A DNA stretch of 63,561 nucleotides, counting the filler, from Asterionella formosa (lineage: Eukaryota): NCBI GenBank assembly GCA_002256025.1. It is 11 parts of 11 records of this genome, joined end to end, with 100 filler letters (N's around TTAATTAATTAA, not from the genome) between each part and the next. Parts side by side here need not be neighbours in the genome. Positions count along the whole stretch, not along the records: positions 1 to 17,913 come from NKIB01004229.1; positions 18,014 to 35,895 come from NKIB01004232.1; 9 more parts are not named here. The stretch is one strand, 5' to 3'. Positions within the stretch are counted from its first letter, which is position 1; each line of letters opens with the position of its first letter. Below are positions 12,100 to 23,269 of this stretch, piece by piece. The translations under genes were made by a program, and so were the position numbers. Below the pieces are notes generated by a model. The model saw only the letters and a program-made list of their open reading frames with translations, searched no databases and was not told the origin of the DNA.

Positions 12100-12940
12100 T
12101 GGAATGATCATGTCACAGAGCTTCTCTTTCATCATGAATATCACATGTCGTTTCAGAACTGCTACGTTTTATCACAGTTAATGTTGTCAAATCAAATCCA
12201 AAATCATGGTGTAAAAAGTGCAAATCAGCATATCCATCCAGAATTAATCCTTGCTATAGGACTACGCAGTAATTTCGTTGACATTCGCCATGTATATTGC
12301 GTTGGCTGCTTTTCGATCTGTTTATGCAGTCTCTCAAATGTTAGTTGATGATGTGAACTCCAGCGCATCGTTAACAATTGATTTCCCAGAAACAAACATT
12401 GATGAATGAAATTCTTTCATGTATGTCTAGGTGGAATATATGGGTAAATACCAAACCAGGAAAAAAGGTTTGATGAATTCCCTCAAGTATATTGTTGGTC
12501 TGGGTATAACATGCAATATGGATTAAATGTTCGAGCTTTCTATGACAGTGATTGCCGGTTCCTGTATTTTGGGGTTATGGCCGCAGGAAAATTTCCAGAT
12601 CAGAAGGCATTCTTGTTTGAAAGAACAAAGCTTTTACTGACTATTTTCAACCTTTGCCCAGGACAACTAATTTGGAATTTGTTGATGCAATGCTCAATGC
12701 ATGATGCTCCCAATGCATGAGTGCTGGGCATATCTTCCAGCTGTCAGGAAATCGGATGTAGTTCAATATATTTCACAAATTGGGCAAATTATTCTTGATG
12801 TTGTCACCAACAAACAATGGGATTCGGTGACCTCCAGCCAATTTGTTATGCCGAAAACGTGAACTTACAGAAAAAGGATTAATGTACTGCTCCTAGTAGT
12901 AGCATACAAACAATAGCTCGAATTTATAATGATGGTTTAT
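12100..12940 (+). pseudogene. Degenerate PIF/Harbinger (DDE_Tnp_4-type) transposase
   Basis: Fragments in several frames: WNDHV...EYHMSF, HPELILAIGLR..FVDIRHVY, LVDDVN...LTIDFP and YGLNVRAFYDSDCRFLYFGVMAAGKFPDQKAF (cf. Harbinger YGLNVQAxCDxxxRFxxxxxxxPGxxxD). Stops and frameshifts present. Boundaries approximate. Confidence 0.7.
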
Positions 12941-13720
12941 AGAAATTTGATGAAATGGTAGTACTACTATATCATTTTGAAATGCTAGTTAGCTCAAATG
13001 TAGATAACTAACTAAAAGTGTACATTTAAAAGTTATCCTAAGTATTAGATGTATGCTCAGCTGCTTGTGTGAGAGAAACTGAGTTCTTGGTAACAAGTGC
13101 ATCCATCAGGGCTTGTTCAAAACTCTTGGCTTCGACGACTTCAGCAAAACTAACATTCTCCTGATTTTCTCTAGCATACCACCTTCGTTCTGCTTCATTG
13201 TTGGCTAATTCAGTCCACAATTCCTTTAACTTTTTGCCACACATAATTCTTCCTTCATCTATTCATTCTTTTTATCGTTTCACAACAGGAGTTTCTAAAG
13301 CTAATTCTGTTGCAGCACTTTAAGATACTAGTGCCATCTGTGTATGATGTTCATTGGCCTTGGAGAATTTAACCAGAGCATCAACAACTTGTTTATATAC
13401 CATTGTCAGTGTCATTCACAGTCTTGCAATGCATGCCTTCTTGGTTGCTTTCGTCGAAATGGGATCTTGGTAGCTTTAATAAGTTCATCCCCTGCAGGGA
13501 CATGTATCAAACTGTTTCTACCAGCACCATTACCGGTACTCAAACTTGGCACCACCACGTGGGCCCAGAAATGTGACCGGTTGAAGCCGTAAAAGATAGT
13601 ACCTGGTTCAAACAATGGGGCGTATTGAGTGAAAAATGATCGTACAAAAATAGAGCTGGTTTTGAGGGAAATGACCAACGGTGCTGTGATTCTTTCCAGT
13701 CTGAACCTATTCATAATTAC

Positions 13721-13770
13721 TACCGGTGGGAGTATACCGGCACCAGGGTACCAGGTACCAGGTACTGTAC
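13721..13770. repeat. TACCGG/GGTACCA micro-array upstream of NDUFAF5
   Basis: taccggtgggagtataccggcaccagggtaccaggtaccaggtactgtac, ending about 87 bp before the ATG. Confidence 0.8.
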
Positions 13771-13856
13771 TTCGGTATCATAGCTACGGGTAATAGCCCT
13801 AATCATAAAAACGAAAATTGGTGAAAACAACATTTCTGTCTAGGCAGTGTTCCACC

Positions 13857-14963
13857 ATGATTTCTCGAGTGACAAGGAGGCCGCTGCAGTCAATACTGAC
13901 CAAAGAAACGACACCCCATCAGGAGGGATTAAATGTATTCACAATCACTCCATTTAATAGAAAGTTCGCTTCAGAATCTCGCACCAACAAAGCCTTTGAT
14001 CGATACCTAAAGAGACTGCAGCGCGATCAGGCCGCTCGACTCCATCAACGCACAGACGGAAAGGAAGACGACGCTGTCGACTACGATTACTTCCGAGAAG
14101 AAATAGCCCGTAGACTCGTGGATCGCTTGGACGATATCAAGATCAGTTTTCCATTGGCGTTGGAGCTTGGCGCCGGGTCAGGTATGGTTCACCGCATGAT
14201 TTGCAGTGACGCCTCATTTGACGGCATAGGGGGAATTGGAGGCGTGCGCAAACTCGTGCAGTTGGATTCGTCGTCCTTGATGTTGCACCGTGACGACGAT
14301 CGCCCTGTGGAAGGTATGGAACGATGCGGGACGTTCAAACTGGTAGCCGATGAAGAAGCTAAACTCCCCTTTCCAGACGGGACGTTTGACCTAGTCTTGA
14401 GCAATGTTTCTATGCACTGGATCAATGAATTGCCATCCGTCATGATAGATGTACATCGTGTACTCAAGCCGAACGGATGCTTCATTTTTTCCATGGTCGG
14501 TGGAGCGACTCTTCCGGAACTTAGGGCATCACTAGTCATGGCCGAACTTGAACGAGATGGCGGTGTCTCTCCGCATGTAGGGCCTTTTTGTGAATTAAGT
14601 GACATCGGTAGTATCCTATCTGGGGCTGGCTTTCAACTACCCACGATTGATGTCGATACCATAAAGGTTGCATATCCCAACAGTATGGTACTCATGGAGC
14701 ACCTGCAACGAATGGGAGAAGGAAATGCGTGCATCAATCGCAAACCGCGGACCAGTCTGGATACATTGTTAGCTAGTGCATGTATTTATGACGAGCAATT
14801 TGGCTTGGAAACTGATGAAGGAATTGAAGAAGGATCAATTGAAGCCTCGGTTCAAGTAATTTTTGCCATTGGTTGGACTCCTCATGAGTCGCAGCAGAAG
14901 CCTTTAGAGCGAGGCAGTGCGACTCTAAAAGTGGGTGACATGGTAGAGCATTCAAAAAGCTGA
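13857..14963 (+). CDS. NDUFAF5: Mitochondrial complex I assembly factor, SAM-methyltransferase fold (arginine hydroxylase)
   Basis: AFDRYLKRLQRDQAA, YDYFREEIARRLVDRLDDIK, ALELGAGSG, DEEAKLPF, SMHWINELP, TLPELRASLVMAELERDGGVSPHVGP, GFQLPTIDVD, IGWTPHESQQKPLERGSA. Basic N-terminal presequence. Confidence 0.93.
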   Translation: MISRVTRRPLQSILTKETTPHQEGLNVFTITPFNRKFASESRTNKAFDRYLKRLQRDQAARLHQRTDGKEDDAVDYDYFREEIARRLVDRLDDIKISFPLALELGAGSGMVHRMICSDASFDGIGGIGGVRKLVQLDSSSLMLHRDDDRPVEGMERCGTFKLVADEEAKLPFPDGTFDLVLSNVSMHWINELPSVMIDVHRVLKPNGCFIFSMVGGATLPELRASLVMAELERDGGVSPHVGPFCELSDIGSILSGAGFQLPTIDVDTIKVAYPNSMVLMEHLQRMGEGNACINRKPRTSLDTLLASACIYDEQFGLETDEGIEEGSIEASVQVIFAIGWTPHESQQKPLERGSATLKVGDMVEHSKS

Positions 14964-15399
14964 GTGGAGTATTGGTCAAGTGTCAGGTGTCAAGCAGAAA
15001 GAGCTATGCATTTCACGCCTATGAAAAGTCTCATGATTTCGAAGTATCCAAATGGATTACCAAAATCGCAACGATGCACCTGCTACTGCAAACTTTGGAA
15101 ACACTGGATGAAGGCACAATTGATGATCGTGCATCAACGAACATGCTGAGATTGCGTACTTAATATTGCCTTTCGAAGGAACTGAAAATCCATGCTTGAC
15201 AATCGTGGAGCAAGTTCACAAGTGTTCAATGGTACTTCATCCCTATAAGTCGTATGTGAATAAAAGATACCCATCGTCTTCCATTTGTACTTTGAAACAC
15301 TACATTTACTATTGACTTTCGATTAGTTCCAAATATTATTCTTCACTTCAAGGCCAGTGCAGAATCATGTTCCCTTATTTTGTGGGAATCAAAGGGTAT

Positions 15400-17532
15400 C
15401 TATCGAAACTTCATCTTCTTTTGGATCTGCGATTGGGCGTACTTCTTTTTACGTTTCCAATCCAAAGTCAGTGAGTATCGTTCTTCCTTCCAAGAGCTCT
15501 TGATATCCTCGTCGTGTCGAAAGCCTTCCGGATTTTCAACAATGTACAAACCTTCATTCATTTCAAAAAAGCTCTTGACAAAAGCTGTAAGCGTTTCTTG
15601 GGGGACAGTAAAGCCTCGGCGTCGGAGTCGTTTCACCTCGGGTCCTTCTGTTGGGCTTTCTTCAACTTGTCTTTCCGCTACCACGTCAGTAGATGGCTTT
15701 GAATCGAACAACAATGACGAAGAATATGCAACCTCCTTGGTAGGCTCTTCTTTCGGGGCACCTAAATCAAAGCCAAAGGAAAAAGCGCTACCAGATAATT
15801 CATCATTATTTCTGGGTGTGATTGTCACTTCAGAAACCCTTGTTCCCATGAGAAACCCATCGCTCTTCCCTTCTCGTGCCGCACGAAAAATATCTTCTAG
15901 TTTCTTTTCTTCGTAGACATCTGCTTCTGTCTCTTGTCTCTCATGAGATCTCCCTTCAATTCGTTTTCCCTTGTCTTTAGGTTGACTCCTACTGTCATCG
16001 TCACCGCTTGACGACCCATCGTGGGACAAGTCCCCTTTCGCCTTGATTAGATTTTCCTCGTTTGCGCCCTTTAGTTTAACTTCAAACTTCATAGATGATT
16101 CCTTTGTGGGGTCATATCTCTGCATCCCAAGCGATCCAAAGGAATTAGATGCACCATAAGTAGGATCTGTTACCTTCTTTGGTGAAGCTTCCATGCCGGG
16201 AAAGATCATTGACAAGACGCCTAGGTTTGCTTTGACATCATCATTGAGATCCACGGTCGAATTATTCGCAGCCAAAAATGGCTGCGTAACACCACCCATG
16301 TCGTCTGCATCGCTCTCGTCATCACCTATTACACCAAAGTCCAACGCAGCAGAGAATTCCTCATTGAATTTTGCTTCTTTGCGCTCCCTCAACAAAGGAT
16401 GACCCCCCACATCACCGTCGTCATCTTCATCGCTAGACCATTGAAAGCCACCCACTGACTGCTTAGTGTCGTGTTTTTTTGATTCGTACATCGGCGTCAT
16501 TTGCTTGACCTCTTCGTCATCGGAATTGTCGCCATCTCCATGTATTGGCGTTCCATCGTCTATGTGATTCCCTTGTTCAGAATCGTCAGATGAAATTTCG
16601 TTAGTATCTGATCCATTTATGGGGTCATCAACTCGTAGGAGTGGAGAGCTCTTGTATGCTAGCTTGTCAAGCACAGGAACATAAACTTGTTCGTTTTCCT
16701 TCACGGCCAAGGCAAAGACGGAGGTATCGATTTCATGAGCATTAGCTTCGGTTCCTGTCACACTAGCTTCTCCTTCGCTATCAGACCATACGTAGGAGGA
16801 ATGTTTGCCGGGAATTTCTTCCTCTTTCCCGTCTAGATCGCTTTGAGAGCTCGTATCAGTGCCTAACAATTGGTTTTCGATCGAACTCCTTGGACATTCC
16901 TGTTGAGCAAAACGAAGATGAACTGCACGATTCATGAATACCTTGTGCATGTTTTTTTCTTCGTCTGTATTTTTGGTCCTCCTGCTCCGCATTTTGAGCA
17001 GCGCTTTCGAGAAATCTCTCCAATCACCAACTTGACATGGCTTTGTGTCAACATGGTATGCGTCCGTGCCGTACATTTGTCGTATTCTCATGTGGCGAGG
17101 GATATTTTTGGGTATTTCAGGGTCTTTCGTTCCTCCATTGTGGTAATTATAAATCAACGCAGACAGCTTCTCTTCTCTGGCAGCTCGTTCTGCTCGCTCT
17201 TTGACAAGTCGCTCCAAAAAGGGAGGTTTCGCTGCTTGTACAATAATCTTGCAACCCTTCCAGCGCACATTGTGATATTGCTTGACAATCAAATCTAGAG
17301 CACTTGTTCCTTCCCTTTCCGACGACGCATTGACATAGAAGAAGGGCTTGGAGTCATTTATAGCATCAATCGACACAATTTCAAGTCCCTCAATGGATTC
17401 GAGGCGCTTGGCGACTTCACTGCCCTTCAATCGCGACGGATCAAGGCCGCCAATGTGGATTCGCTCGATTTTCTTTTCGTTTCGTTCTTTCACTTCTTCG
17501 GGAGAATGGTGATCAGCGAATTCTTTACTCAT
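15400..17532 (-). CDS. NOL8: Nucleolar protein 8-like RRM protein
   Basis: N-terminal RRM (RIHIGGL...FFYVN...YHNVRWKGCKIIVQAAKPPFLERLVKER) matches the NOL8 pattern. Long acidic middle; C-terminal W...R..L..DWKRKKK motif. Confidence 0.75.
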   Translation of the reverse strand: MSKEFADHHSPEEVKERNEKKIERIHIGGLDPSRLKGSEVAKRLESIEGLEIVSIDAINDSKPFFYVNASSEREGTSALDLIVKQYHNVRWKGCKIIVQAAKPPFLERLVKERAERAAREEKLSALIYNYHNGGTKDPEIPKNIPRHMRIRQMYGTDAYHVDTKPCQVGDWRDFSKALLKMRSRRTKNTDEEKNMHKVFMNRAVHLRFAQQECPRSSIENQLLGTDTSSQSDLDGKEEEIPGKHSSYVWSDSEGEASVTGTEANAHEIDTSVFALAVKENEQVYVPVLDKLAYKSSPLLRVDDPINGSDTNEISSDDSEQGNHIDDGTPIHGDGDNSDDEEVKQMTPMYESKKHDTKQSVGGFQWSSDEDDDGDVGGHPLLRERKEAKFNEEFSAALDFGVIGDDESDADDMGGVTQPFLAANNSTVDLNDDVKANLGVLSMIFPGMEASPKKVTDPTYGASNSFGSLGMQRYDPTKESSMKFEVKLKGANEENLIKAKGDLSHDGSSSGDDDSRSQPKDKGKRIEGRSHERQETEADVYEEKKLEDIFRAAREGKSDGFLMGTRVSEVTITPRNNDELSGSAFSFGFDLGAPKEEPTKEVAYSSSLLFDSKPSTDVVAERQVEESPTEGPEVKRLRRRGFTVPQETLTAFVKSFFEMNEGLYIVENPEGFRHDEDIKSSWKEERYSLTLDWKRKKKYAQSQIQKKMKFR

Positions 17533-17704
17533 CTCGTGTGGTTATAGTTGCTGCAACTATCGACATGGATCTCATCCCTGTATCATCAACCTGGGCAAAC
17601 ACAAATGATCAACAATAACATACATTTATCGAGGCCATTCCTGATGGACCGACCGTCTCGAGGCGAGACTTTTGTTTTTTAAACTACCGGCACCAGTACC
17701 GGTG

Positions 17705-17913
17705 TGTCAAGAATATAGCATCAATGGCTATAATGAGTCACAAGGACTGTGGACTCGACTATAGTCCAATGAGTCAAATGGTGCGATCCCATGTCAAGAA
17801 GCTTGCTAACGAGATTGATGTCTTAGATCAATCAGAAGAAGGTTTACATCAACGAAAAGGGAACACGAAGAACAGGTTCTCGAAGTGTGATGAATGGGAT
17901 TGAAACTTAGTTT
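17705..17913 (+). mobile_element. LTR-like fragment (tgtcaag family), truncated by scaffold end
   Basis: Starts tgtcaagaatat...gagtcacaaggactgtggactcga, similar to the complete copy at 59309. Confidence 0.65.
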
Positions 17914-18013
17914 NNNNNNNNNNNNNNNNNNNNNNNNNNNNNNNNNNNNNNNNNNNNTTAATTAATTAANNNNNNNNNNNNNNNNNNNNNNNNNNNNNNN
18001 NNNNNNNNNNNNN
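17914..18013. other. Artificial 100-nt linker (N44-TTAATTAATTAA-N44); identical linkers start at 35896, 37108, 38320, 39532, 40744, 58714, 59926, 61138 and 62350
   Basis: Same length and same six-frame stop cassette at all ten joins. Confidence 0.98.
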
Positions 18014-18831
18014 ATGACTACACGACTATATTTGGAAAGGAACCAAAGAAAGCCTCAACGCCGGGATTCCCGGGAACGGTCCTAAGTAAGAACCGAGGAG
18101 AGACGATCAAGAATAAGGAATATCGCTCCCTCGTTGGAAAAATACTTTACTTCGTGAAGAAAATATCGCCAGTATGCGCCAACGCATGTCGTGAATTGTC
18201 ACAGCACCTCGACAACCCAGGCGAAACGCACTGGCAAGCATTGGAACGCCTACTCGGGTATTTGTGTCCTCATGGGGACATTGCATGCAGAATGAAACTA
18301 CGTGCTCCCAACGAGCTACGTATTCAAGATGTCGTGGACAGCGCCTTCGCCTCTAATCCTGATACACGAAAAAGTGTCAGCGGTTTTTTAGGCATGATCG
18401 GAGGGTGCGCCCTAATTCACTGGATATCAAAAGGACAGGATATCGTAACGCAATCAAGCACCGAGTGTGAATATGTCGCACTCAGTAACGGCTCAAAGGA
18501 AACTGTCTTCGCAACGAATCTACTGGGCGAAATAACCACTATCGTGATGCCTAGTCTAATGGGTGAGGACAATACCGGTGCGATTTATTTAACGAAAAAT
18601 CATCAGGTCGGGGCACGTACAAAACACATCGACGTAAGATACCACTATGTACGAGAAGAAGTCGAAAACGGAACGATTAAGGTTGACTACGTCAATACGG
18701 AAAAGAATCCTGCAGATGTCCTAACTAAAAATGTCACGGACAAGATTATGAACATGCACGGATACGCGATCCAAAACGGGATGATGGATTGTTGGAACAA
18801 GGAGAGTGTTAAAGTGAGCTCATCTACGTAG
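18014..18831 (+). mobile_element. Ty1/copia pol 3' end (RT C-terminus + RNase H), 5'-truncated
   Basis: EYRSLVGKILY, RELSQHLDNPGETHWQALERLLGYL, DSAFASNPDTRKSVSG, QSSTECEYVAL, EDNTGAI, RTKHIDVRYHYVRE, NPADVLTK. Confidence 0.95.
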
Positions 18832-19208
18832 TTAGGACTCGGAGTCAAACGAGTCAACCGATTCGAATGTGTCAACTTTGATGTACCAAGCTCTCATCAA
18901 CAACACATTATACCTTGTTACTCCGACTCAAATGAGCTGGACAATATAAGCTATTTCGGAAGACCGATAGTTTGAAATGAATGATCATGGTTAAAAACCT
19001 ATGATCAGTAAGTGTGAGATAGACATGGGTCTATCTATGATTGTTTGTTCCTAGAAATGCAAACAGCATTTGGAGAATAGTTCGTTTGTTTTGTTCAAAC
19101 AGAACAACTCACAATAAGAATATAGAAACGGAAAGAGAAACGAACGTCTCTATCTATAGTCTTCTTTGTCTAATGATATAGATCTATACAAAAGGTAATA
19201 CTTTAACA
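18807..19208 (+). mobile_element. 3' LTR (402 bp) of the copia element
   Basis: Follows purine tract aaggagag; bounded by the 9-bp inverted termini tgttaaagt...actttaaca. Confidence 0.85.
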
Positions 19209-20554
19209 GAAGATAACTATCGTTGAGGAATAGCATGAGTTCTAACTCTATTGGATGCATGTTTAGGGAATGTTTACTTGAAAGTTGAAATTGAGGAAGA
19301 AGAGGGCGGCATTTCCATTGCATTTTCAGGGAGAAAGCCGGTGCGATCTTGAAAATCTGAATATTGCATGGTTTCTGAATTCAACCCTTGGAGAGTTTTT
19401 AGTCACAATTGTTCGTCCTGTTGTGACTGAATATTGTTATAAACTGAATCGTTGCTGTCGTCATTAAGTGGATGATTGTGGTCACTTGATTCAAGGATAG
19501 GACACATAATCTCTTCTTGTCAAATCTCCCTAAATGCTGCAGCAGTTACACTGCCATCATTAACTTCTTTCCTTGAATGATTCGATGCACTACCGCAATA
19601 CATAGTTTCACTATGTATTCCAGGAACTCGATGTTCTTGCATGCAATGTTGACAGTGACCATATGTATAAAAAAACGGCTGCTACAATTTCAATTGTGAG
19701 ACTCAGATGGGGATTTGTTCTTCCGAAATTTAAAGATACACAGATAAAACCATTGCAATGTCCGCAAAGACATTGCAAATTTAAAATGATGACATAGTCA
19801 GGATAAGAAAAAGAATAGAATGAAAATGAATTATTAACAATAAATTTAGCATCACTCCGATCATGCTGTGCTGGACAATACAGAGTCGTGAAATTATCAC
19901 ACCACCATAGTAGTAAAAGTAGTAAAAATGGAGGTATACTGCTACATGTAGTGCAGGCGGCACTAGTAATAGTAATAGTATAGAGCAGAATCTATGTGCA
20001 TTGTAGAAGTTTCACACTAACTATAATTATTATGTAGCTACTAAGTATGCATAGGATTCTATGAGATCCATTCAAAATCAACATCGTCATCAATGTCCTG
20101 TTGATTAATGCGGTCATTATAATCAATATTCTTTTCTGGAACATTTGTTTGAAGTGATTTAACATATTGATGCATATCCTCTTAACTTACGTTGGGAAGT
20201 GAGAAGTATGAGTGTGGTAGATGATATTTGCGGTGGGAGTAGCAATTCCACTAGGATTCCTGCCTTTCATATTCAGATCGATTCTTTTGTGAAAGTCTAG
20301 TGTAGTAAGATTTCCTTATAATAACCTAGTAAATCAATATCATCAGTCCATTGATCAGTGAGACCATTTTAAACTGAAATTTCTTTCCTTGCTCACACTT
20401 TTTTTGATAAGTGTTTTCCCACCAACATCGACAAAACCAGTAGAATGATGAATATCGTTCTCTGAAATTTCCTGCTTATCTGGATTGAAACCAAGATATT
20501 TTTGTTGCAATCGGAATTTTCCTTTCAGCACCAAGAAGCAAAATGCTTCTGTAC

Positions 20555-20814
20555 TTGTTCACTGTATTAACTTATGGGAAGTAATTCTGTGTCAAGCTTG
20601 TTTAGTTTTTATTACAACAGGCAGTTCGAATCATGATGGTATGGTCACTTACAGCCACAATGAGATGAATCCATGTTCAGTTTCCATATTCCTCAACAAA
20701 TCATGAAGACATTGGCTGATGTTGTATACAACTACGCTGATAGATATAAAAGGATGTGTTACTTATGTTCTAACGGGTGATTCTTGTGAGCAATGATCCG
20801 ACGACAGCACTTAC
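20555..20814 (-). pseudogene. Duplicated intron-exon-intron relic, copy 1 (copy 2 at 27288..27573)
   Basis: Clearly alignable with 27288..27573. The minus strand reads GTAAG...CTATCAG / exon (..DLLRNMETEHGF..) / GTAAGT...CCCATAAG. Confidence 0.55.
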
Positions 20815-21420
20815 CGCAACCGTAATTTTTTCACATTCATCTTAGCCGCAAAACACACCACTTCACGAAATTTTGTCTACACATGAGTGTTAATTAAGCG
20901 GTACTTCACATGCATGAAGAATGCCACTCTTCATCTAAAAAGGTTACTTTTAACGGTTTCATGTGAAGTTTTTACGATGAATTTTGAACGCGATACTGAG
21001 AAAATTAGTTGATGTTCCAAATAATTCATTTGAAAATTCAACTGAGATCCGCTCTTGAGGCTAATTCTTTCACGATACGCATTTTACTAAGTGAAATAGA
21101 AATGAAATTTGTGGTGTCTAATGTCATGCATCTGAGATCAAAGTTTTACGGTTGTACACATCACATAAAGAACTCACGCTTTTCCGGTTAAAAACTCACT
21201 CTTCCCAGTTTTCATGTAATGTAGGTTACTACCGGTACTATGTTACTGTACTACTAGCTAGCTACTAGCTACTAGTAGTAGTAGGCAACCCAATATTTTT
21301 ACGTGATTATTCTCCTAAATTCACCGTGATCCTTCGATCCACTGCCTAGCACCTACGTTGCTGAGTATATATATCAACATATGTATACTATTTTGCAATA
21401 AGTCGAATTCTTTTCAGGTT

Positions 21421-22075
21421 CATTTGCTTGATTCCCAGAAATCTGAGCTTGAACTTACCGAAGCGAAAGGCCAAGTACATCTTTTATTTTCCATCCATTA
21501 TTCAAGAATAGATTGGTCGTGTAATTCGAGATATTATGCATGCTTTTCGTTACAATATTCAAGCTACCTAACGCCAGCAAGAAGTCATACCATCTGAAAG
21601 CGCAACTTTGATGGTCCACCAGTAAGGTGAAAAAAATGACTTTCGATTTTTCCAGCTAGAGAAACTTCCAAAGCTTACTATTCTTTGGTGCTTTCCAAGG
21701 AGAGAATTCTCTAATCTAATTGAGCCAGATCCTGAGGACATGGGGTTTCTTCGCTCAGTACTAAATCCAATTGGGTCGATCTTTTGTTGAGTTAATGTTC
21801 AATAATCCAGTTCACAGAAACCTACTAGTTTGCTGTGCTGTAAAGAAAATTTTAGAGTTTTGCTCAATTTTTTCTTTATTTTATATTGAGCCACATAGCA
21901 CTCCAAAAATTACTAATTGCAAGTGTCACCATTCCTGATCAGCATGTTCAAGAGATTGATTGTATGGCCAAACAGAATCATTTGCTTCATTTCCAAAAAG
22001 CTGAGCATCAAGTTACCAAAGCAAAAGGCCAAGTACATCTTTTATCTTCCTTCCATTATGCAAGTATAGCTTGGT
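21421..22075. repeat. Two diverged ~95-bp direct repeats (about 21421..21516 and 21978..22073)
   Basis: catttgctt...ctgagc...ttacc.aagc.aaaggccaagtacatcttttat.ttcc.tccattat is present twice. Confidence 0.8.
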
Positions 22076-23269
22076 GCTGTTGGATGGTTCTGCAGACCAG
22101 CTGAAGCTTTCTTGAGCAACATAGGCGCCACCTCTTCAAGGACTGCCTCTCACGAAATGACAAAAATATATATTCGACAAAAAAAGGATTTGATTCCACC
22201 AACCTAGTCTCTCGAATTTCCCAAAAATGTTAATGCATCCACACATGATGCTCCTCTAAATTGAAATGGCGACAGTTAATAAATTTTGAAAACATTTCGC
22301 TCAGAAATATTGTTAAGGTGCATTCCATTACGCCTTTATAGTTGTTCTACATGCCAATGCAGTCGAAGGGAAAATTATCAAGTGCATGAATTTGGATGCA
22401 AATATCTCACAATAAATGAACAAGAGTAGGCATGATATTGGACAAGAGGAACTGTTATAAATTAAAGTTGAGTTAATATTTGATGTCAGATAAAAAATCT
22501 AAAATATCTCAATTACCATAGCGCAACGATGTTATTATGTATCAAATCATACAATTTTTAATTGTCAGAGCGCGTCCAGTAATTATAAATTTAGACAATG
22601 CAAGAATACAAATATGCAAGTATTTAATCACTATAAAAAATCTGAACAACTCCTTCCTGATAATAATGAACTAATCTTGCAAGCTAATTTCAAACTGTAC
22701 ATTCCTTTACTCAATTTAGTGGTGGCTTATAGTTCAAGTATTGTCATAGCAGTGGTGTACAGTTTCTAACTTGTATACCTGGTACCATAGCATAAGAAGT
22801 TCTAGGAGTAGCTACCCTGTAGAACCCAATGTCAAAGTGTGTCTGTTAGGCTGTTGATGTCAACAGGTGTCTGAAGACTAGTTGTGGTCTGAGGAATGTC
22901 CTAAGGGAAGAAGACAGGATTTCTATCATAGCAGAATAATATGATACAGATGAGTGGCGCTAGAAAGTAATGGAATGTGCTAGAAGAGGCGCCATATATT
23001 TCAATACCTCCATTCCTCCAGTAAGTACATACCAGTATGCATGCCAGAAAGGAAGAACTATCTTCTATTACCAAATTCGTCCTGTTTCATGCAAAGTTTT
23101 ACTGAGGCCATCTTCCTATGTAAAAGTACATAACAAACATCTTCTTTATTTGTTTCTTTCTTCTTGTATGTAGTAGCTACAACGACGGCATCATAGAAAT
23201 TAGCAGAACACAATGAGTACCCTAGAATGGCATTCAAGGCGACATGTATTTATCTGACTACCAGTAGCA

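Noticed and set aside
3024..17532. Many antisense and alternate-frame ORFs overlapping the long genes
   Set aside because: Shadow ORFs of real CDSs with no independent motifs.
17958..17969. Recurrent TTAATTAATTAA palindrome
   Set aside because: Artificial six-frame stop linker embedded in Ns.
17705..19208. One full-length copia element spanning the first linker
   Set aside because: The LTR-like sequence before the linker differs from the 3' LTR after it, and the join is artificial.
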